Program-made: the position numbers and the translations under genes
The notes under the pieces: model-generated
Databases searched by the model: none
What the model saw: the letters and a program-made list of their open reading frames with translations, nothing else
What the model was told of the DNA's origin: nothing
Shown here: in pieces, positions 60,035 through 64,000 of the stretch
Layout: the number at the start of each line of letters is the position of its first letter
Position numbering within the stretch: the stretch's first letter is position 1
From: Nitrosopumilus sp.
Lineage (GTDB): Archaea; Thermoproteota; Nitrososphaeria; Nitrososphaerales; Nitrosopumilaceae
Direction of reading: 5' to 3'
NCBI GenBank assembly: GCA_965249555.1
Contig: OZ252243.1
Location: forward strand, 960,001 to 1,024,000
DNA: 64,000 nt

Positions 60035-61521
60035 ACATCAAAGTATAGATAAAATTCATGCGGATGTGGCCTAATGGCAATTTCACGCTGATCTCTTCTT
60101 TCTAATTCTATTACCTTATCAATTACATCATTAGTGTAAATTGGATTAAGGAATTTTCTATCACTCTCTAACTCATCTAATGCTTCACCAAGACTTTTTG
60201 GAAGAACACCAATACCTCTTTTAGCTCTGTCTGATCTAGTCATCTTGAAGATATCTTCACGTATTTGTTCTCCAGGATCCATCTTCTTTTTGATTCCATC
60301 CAATCCAGCTGCTACTACTGCAGCAAATACAAGATATGGATTAGATGAAGGATCAGGAGCTCTAAACTCTAATCTCTTTAGGTGGGCATATTCTTTTCCT
60401 TTGAGATGTTTTGGAACTCTAACTATGGCAGAACGATTTCCTGAACTCCATGCAATGTATACTGGAGCTTCATATCCAGGTACGAGTCTATGGTATGAAT
60501 TAGTAGTAGGATTACAAATTGCTGATAGTGCTTTGGCATGATTAATGATTCCACCGCAAAAGTATCTTCCAGTTTGGCTTAATTCAATCTCATCATCTGG
60601 GTCAAAAAATATATTTTCATTTCCATTCCATAAACTAACATTAACATGCATTCCAGAACCTGAGTCCATTGCAATTGGTTTTGGCATCATTGTTGCAACC
60701 TTTCCATATTTCTGTGCAATATTTCTAATAACATACTTGTAGGATTGTGCAGCATCTGCAGCATTTGTCAAGCGGTCGTATCTGATATCAATTTCACATT
60801 GTCCTGCAGTTGCAACTTCATGGTGATGATTATCACATAATATTCCAAAATTTTTATTCAGAATGTTTACACATTCATTTCTGTATGGTGTAAGAGTGTC
60901 TGATGGTGTACTAGGATAATATCCTTCTTGTAATCCCATTGGATATCCATCTCCTTCTTGGCTCCATGGAGCTTCTTTTGATTCAATTGAATAAGACTGT
61001 CCTTTGTATGGCGTTAAAACATCCCAATGTACCTTATCAAAAACAAAAAATTCCACCTCTGGGCCCCATGTACTATAATCAAATCCCTGAGTTTTGATAT
61101 ATTCTTCAGCTTTTTGCGCAATTCCTCTAGGATCTCTTGATAATCTTCCTCTATCTTCTCCCCAAAAAACATCACAAAGAAGTCTAGCTGTTTTGTTTTC
61201 AGTCATCCAAGGAATTATTGCAAATGTATTTGGGTCTGGCTTGAGAAGTAGATCTGAATCATCAATACTAGTAAAGCCAACAATTGATGAACCATCCAAT
61301 TTTGGTAATCCATCTCTCATTTGTTCAGGGGTAAACAAGTTAGCTGAAATTGTGGTATGATGAAAATGGCCTGTAAGACCTGTGAATTGTAAATCAATAA
61401 ACTGAATGTTTTCGTGTTGAATCCTAGCAAAAACTTCATCAGGTGAATATGTTATTGGGATTGCTTTACCATGACTAACTTTATAGGGCAATTTTTTTAC
61501 TTCAATCAAACACAAATACAC
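60031..61521 (-). CDS. glnA: Glutamine synthetase type I
   Basis: DGSSI, GPEVEFF, HHEVA, GSGMH, RLVPGYEAP, EFRAPD. Confidence 0.96.
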   Translation of the reverse strand: MYLCLIEVKKLPYKVSHGKAIPITYSPDEVFARIQHENIQFIDLQFTGLTGHFHHTTISANLFTPEQMRDGLPKLDGSSIVGFTSIDDSDLLLKPDPNTFAIIPWMTENKTARLLCDVFWGEDRGRLSRDPRGIAQKAEEYIKTQGFDYSTWGPEVEFFVFDKVHWDVLTPYKGQSYSIESKEAPWSQEGDGYPMGLQEGYYPSTPSDTLTPYRNECVNILNKNFGILCDNHHHEVATAGQCEIDIRYDRLTNAADAAQSYKYVIRNIAQKYGKVATMMPKPIAMDSGSGMHVNVSLWNGNENIFFDPDDEIELSQTGRYFCGGIINHAKALSAICNPTTNSYHRLVPGYEAPVYIAWSSGNRSAIVRVPKHLKGKEYAHLKRLEFRAPDPSSNPYLVFAAVVAAGLDGIKKKMDPGEQIREDIFKMTRSDRAKRGIGVLPKSLGEALDELESDRKFLNPIYTNDVIDKVIELERRDQREIAIRPHPHEFYLYFDV

Positions 61522-61546
61522 CCAGCATTTAAGGATTAGGTAAGAA

Positions 61547-62104
61547 ATGTCTGAATCAAATCAAATCGATATCAACTCTTTACATCAAACAGTTTTACTA
61601 GAAACTGAAAATGATTCTATATTAGAAATTGATCAAAACTTTTACAGAAATCTCTCTGACTTTATAGGAAATTTAAGAAAACAAGAATTTGATGGAGTAG
61701 AGAGTAAAATCAAGGATGCTTTGATAGAAATGGCAACTGAATTGACGTCATTACTGATATACATTAGACTAGAAAAAATTTCTAAATCAAAAGATATCCA
61801 ATTTGGAAATCTTTTAGATGAAGAAAAATTCATTTTAGATTCACAAGAGGAACAAAGAGAAAGAATTGAAATGATTCTTTCTGCTACAATTAATGGAAAA
61901 TCAAAATTCCTTGAATCATTAGCTCAAAATCATAAAACAAAGAAAATTGTCATTAGATTTCTCAAAGAAGTAGAAGAAATTGTGGGTGCTGACCTTGAAA
62001 AATATGGTCCTTTCAAAACTGAAGATATTGCTACCATTCCATATGAAAACGCTCAGGCCTTAATTGCCAAAAATGCTGCAACTAAAATTCGCTGGGATGA
62101 TTAG
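61547..62104 (+). CDS. GINS complex subunit (Gins51-type, C-terminal B domain)
   Basis: Helical A domain; IRFLKEVEEIVGADLEKYGPFKTEDIATIPYENA. Confidence 0.85.
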   Translation: MSESNQIDINSLHQTVLLETENDSILEIDQNFYRNLSDFIGNLRKQEFDGVESKIKDALIEMATELTSLLIYIRLEKISKSKDIQFGNLLDEEKFILDSQEEQRERIEMILSATINGKSKFLESLAQNHKTKKIVIRFLKEVEEIVGADLEKYGPFKTEDIATIPYENAQALIAKNAATKIRWDD

Positions 62105-62137
62105 GTAAAAATTATACCTGTTTTATTTTCATATTAA

Positions 62138-62422
62138 ATGTCTCATACAGGTGTAGAAGTATTTGATTTTTTATTATTTTCAATTTATCCAGTAATTGGA
62201 ATCTTTGCTATTGAAGTTATAAGCCGATTAATCAAAGCCCCAAAATGGATTAAACTGTGGGTACAAGCAGCTGTATCAATTGGTTTTGGAGTTTATTATT
62301 GGTTTATTTTGCCTGCACCACAAAATTTCCCGTTAACTGCAATGGTAATGTTTGCACTTGCTATTGCATTAATTTATCAAGGCAGACGTGCAAAAATTTC
62401 TCCTGAAAAAAGTCCATACTAA
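62138..62422 (+). CDS. 3-TM hypothetical membrane protein
   Basis: 94-aa hydrophobic ORF. Confidence 0.7.
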   Translation: MSHTGVEVFDFLLFSIYPVIGIFAIEVISRLIKAPKWIKLWVQAAVSIGFGVYYWFILPAPQNFPLTAMVMFALAIALIYQGRRAKISPEKSPY

Positions 62423-62646
62423 TCTTTGAATCTACTGAATATTCTTTTGAAAATATTTGGTTTGTCTCTACCCCCATCTCGTATCACTTTTTTCTCACCA
62501 AATCTTTTTGCTCTAATTTGTGTTAGCTTTACACATCTATGTTCCTCAGGTAATCTATGTTCAGCACAAAATGGATCCTTGCAATAATTACAATGAAATG
62601 GCATATCTGTTAAATCACCACAATAAGCACATTTCTCAGACTCCAT
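62419..62646 (-). CDS. AN1-type zinc-finger protein
   Basis: CAYC...PFHCNYC..PFCAEHRLPEEHRC. Confidence 0.9.
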   Translation of the reverse strand: MESEKCAYCGDLTDMPFHCNYCKDPFCAEHRLPEEHRCVKLTQIRAKRFGEKKVIRDGGRDKPNIFKRIFSRFKD

Positions 62647-62748
62647 AGCTTAGTTAGTCATTTTTCATTTAATAAAGGTGATAGTACTTTTTTTCCTAAA
62701 GTGATTTAGTCTAAACGTTTTTACGATGATGGAATTGGTTCAAATTAA

Positions 62749-63489
62749 ATGATTAAAGATAAAGTTGCAATAATTACAGGAGCAAGCAGTGGTATTGGAT
62801 TTGCAACTGCTTTGACATTATCAAAAGCAGGAGCTAAAGTTGCTATTGGCGCAAGACGAGTCGACAAATTAGAAGCACTTGCAAAACAAATTACTGATAA
62901 TGGTGGAGAGGTATTTTATCAAAAATTAGATGTCACCCAAAGAGAAGAGTGTGATAATTTTGCAAAAGCAGTTTTAGAAAAATGGGGATCCATCGATATT
63001 CTTGTAAATAATGCAGGTTTGATGCCTCTAAGTTTCTTCAAAACCCTGAAAGTAGATGAATGGGATAGAATGATTGATGTGAATATCAAAGGTGTATTGT
63101 ATTCTACAGCCTCAGTAATTTTACATATGAAAGAAAAAAAATCTGGTCACATTGTAAATCTATCATCTGTTGCTGGAAGAATTGTTTTTCCAGCTGGTAG
63201 TGTTTATTGTGCAACAAAACATGCAATTGCAGCATTTAGTGAAGGATTAAGACAAGAATTCAGTGTACGTTCTAACATTAGAGTAACTTCTATTGAACCT
63301 GGAGTTGTAGCAACAGAACTTAATGATACTATTACTGATGAATCTTTGCAGGGATTTGTTGAAAATACAAAAAAGATGGAAGCATTACAAGCAGAAGATA
63401 TTGCAAATGCAATTTTGTATGCAGTTGAATCCCCGTCACATGTTAATGTTAATGAAATTTTGATAAGACCTACTACACAAGAACGTTAA
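62749..63489 (+). CDS. Short-chain dehydrogenase/reductase (YdfG-like)
   Basis: TGASSGIG, NNAGLMPL, YCATK, NEILIRP. Confidence 0.92.
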   Translation: MIKDKVAIITGASSGIGFATALTLSKAGAKVAIGARRVDKLEALAKQITDNGGEVFYQKLDVTQREECDNFAKAVLEKWGSIDILVNNAGLMPLSFFKTLKVDEWDRMIDVNIKGVLYSTASVILHMKEKKSGHIVNLSSVAGRIVFPAGSVYCATKHAIAAFSEGLRQEFSVRSNIRVTSIEPGVVATELNDTITDESLQGFVENTKKMEALQAEDIANAILYAVESPSHVNVNEILIRPTTQER

Positions 63490-63508
63490 GTTAACAAATT
63501 TAAAATGA

Positions 63509-63718
63509 TTATATTTCTTCTTCTTTCTCTTTTGAAAGATGTTCAAGGATAGCTCTTACTTTAACACCAAGCTCTTGTTTATCCATTGACAGATTTAGTT
63601 TTTCAGGAATTTTATTTTTAAAATCTTTATTTTCCATTTCGATGCTTCTTTTTTGAACACAATCTAAATGATCTTGATCAGTAGCTGAAATCTTGTGGCA
63701 AATGTTACAAATCTTCAT
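63509..63718 (-). CDS. Small Cys/His hypothetical protein
   Basis: CNICH...HLDC. Confidence 0.65.
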   Translation of the reverse strand: MKICNICHKISATDQDHLDCVQKRSIEMENKDFKNKIPEKLNLSMDKQELGVKVRAILEHLSKEKEEEI

Positions 63719-63774
63719 TATTATTATTAATCAATACGACGATTTAATAATTTCTTTTTGTGCCTTTGTGACAA

Positions 63775-63848
63775 GGGATCGTAGTCTAGCTTGGTATGAT
63801 ACTAGTCTGGGGGACTAGTGATCGCAGGTTCAAATCCTGCCGGTCCCA
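63775..63848 (+). tRNA. tRNA-Pro(GGG), intronless, CCA not encoded
   Basis: Acceptor GGGATCG/CGGTCCC, anticodon stem CTAGT/ACTAG with loop CTGGGGG, T arm GCAGG-TTCAAAT-CCTGC. Confidence 0.96.
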
Positions 63849-63891
63849 TTACACTTTAGTGACTCAAATAATACCATCGTCTAATACTGAC

Positions 63892-64000
63892 GTGATAAAG
63901 CTAGAAGACATTGGAGAAAATGTCTACGATAACTTTCTAGAATCTATGCGTATCTTAGAAACAAAAAGGATGTATGTTAGAAACCTAAGAAAATTTTTGA
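63892..64000 (+). CDS. Start of a probable tyrosine integrase; runs off the window
   Basis: GTG start, VIKLEDIGENVYDNFLESMRILETKRMYVRNLRKFL resembles an integrase N-terminal T..Y...L..F helix pattern; 44 bp after the tRNA. Confidence 0.55.
   Translation, partial: MIKLEDIGENVYDNFLESMRILETKRMYVRNLRKFL

Noticed and set aside
1-64000. CRISPR array or rRNA genes
   Set aside because: No regularly spaced 25-40 bp repeats and no long GC-rich rRNA-like tract seen

Overview
AT-rich archaeal chromosome segment. Gene content identifies it as a marine ammonia-oxidising thaumarchaeote (Nitrosopumilus-like): PolD DP1/DP2, Cdc6/Orc1, two TFBs, two ESCRT-III/CdvB paralogs, thermosome, GGGP synthase, AcnX mevalonate genes and a CFI-box C-terminal protein. 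The window spans the probable replication origin, with three ORB boxes upstream of cdc6 (~50.2-50.6 kb). It also carries cobalamin, sulfate assimilation, preQ0/archaeosine and chaperone genes, an intact IS66-family element (11-bp TIRs, 8-bp TSD) and tRNA-Pro(GGG), followed by the start of a probable integrase. The most striking observation is an origin-adjacent block of four small DNA-binding genes, one membrane-anchored, embedded in dense arrays of short motifs (GTTAAC x5, ATCAC/GTGAT x17). This is a candidate origin-tethering or segregation system. Other notable items are two GC-rich structured non-coding RNA candidates, a recurrent intergenic TAGGCRY motif, a glutamate-racemase homolog with both catalytic Cys replaced by Ser, and several deletion or frameshift scars suggesting genome erosion. 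All calls come from reading the sequence; no searches were run.
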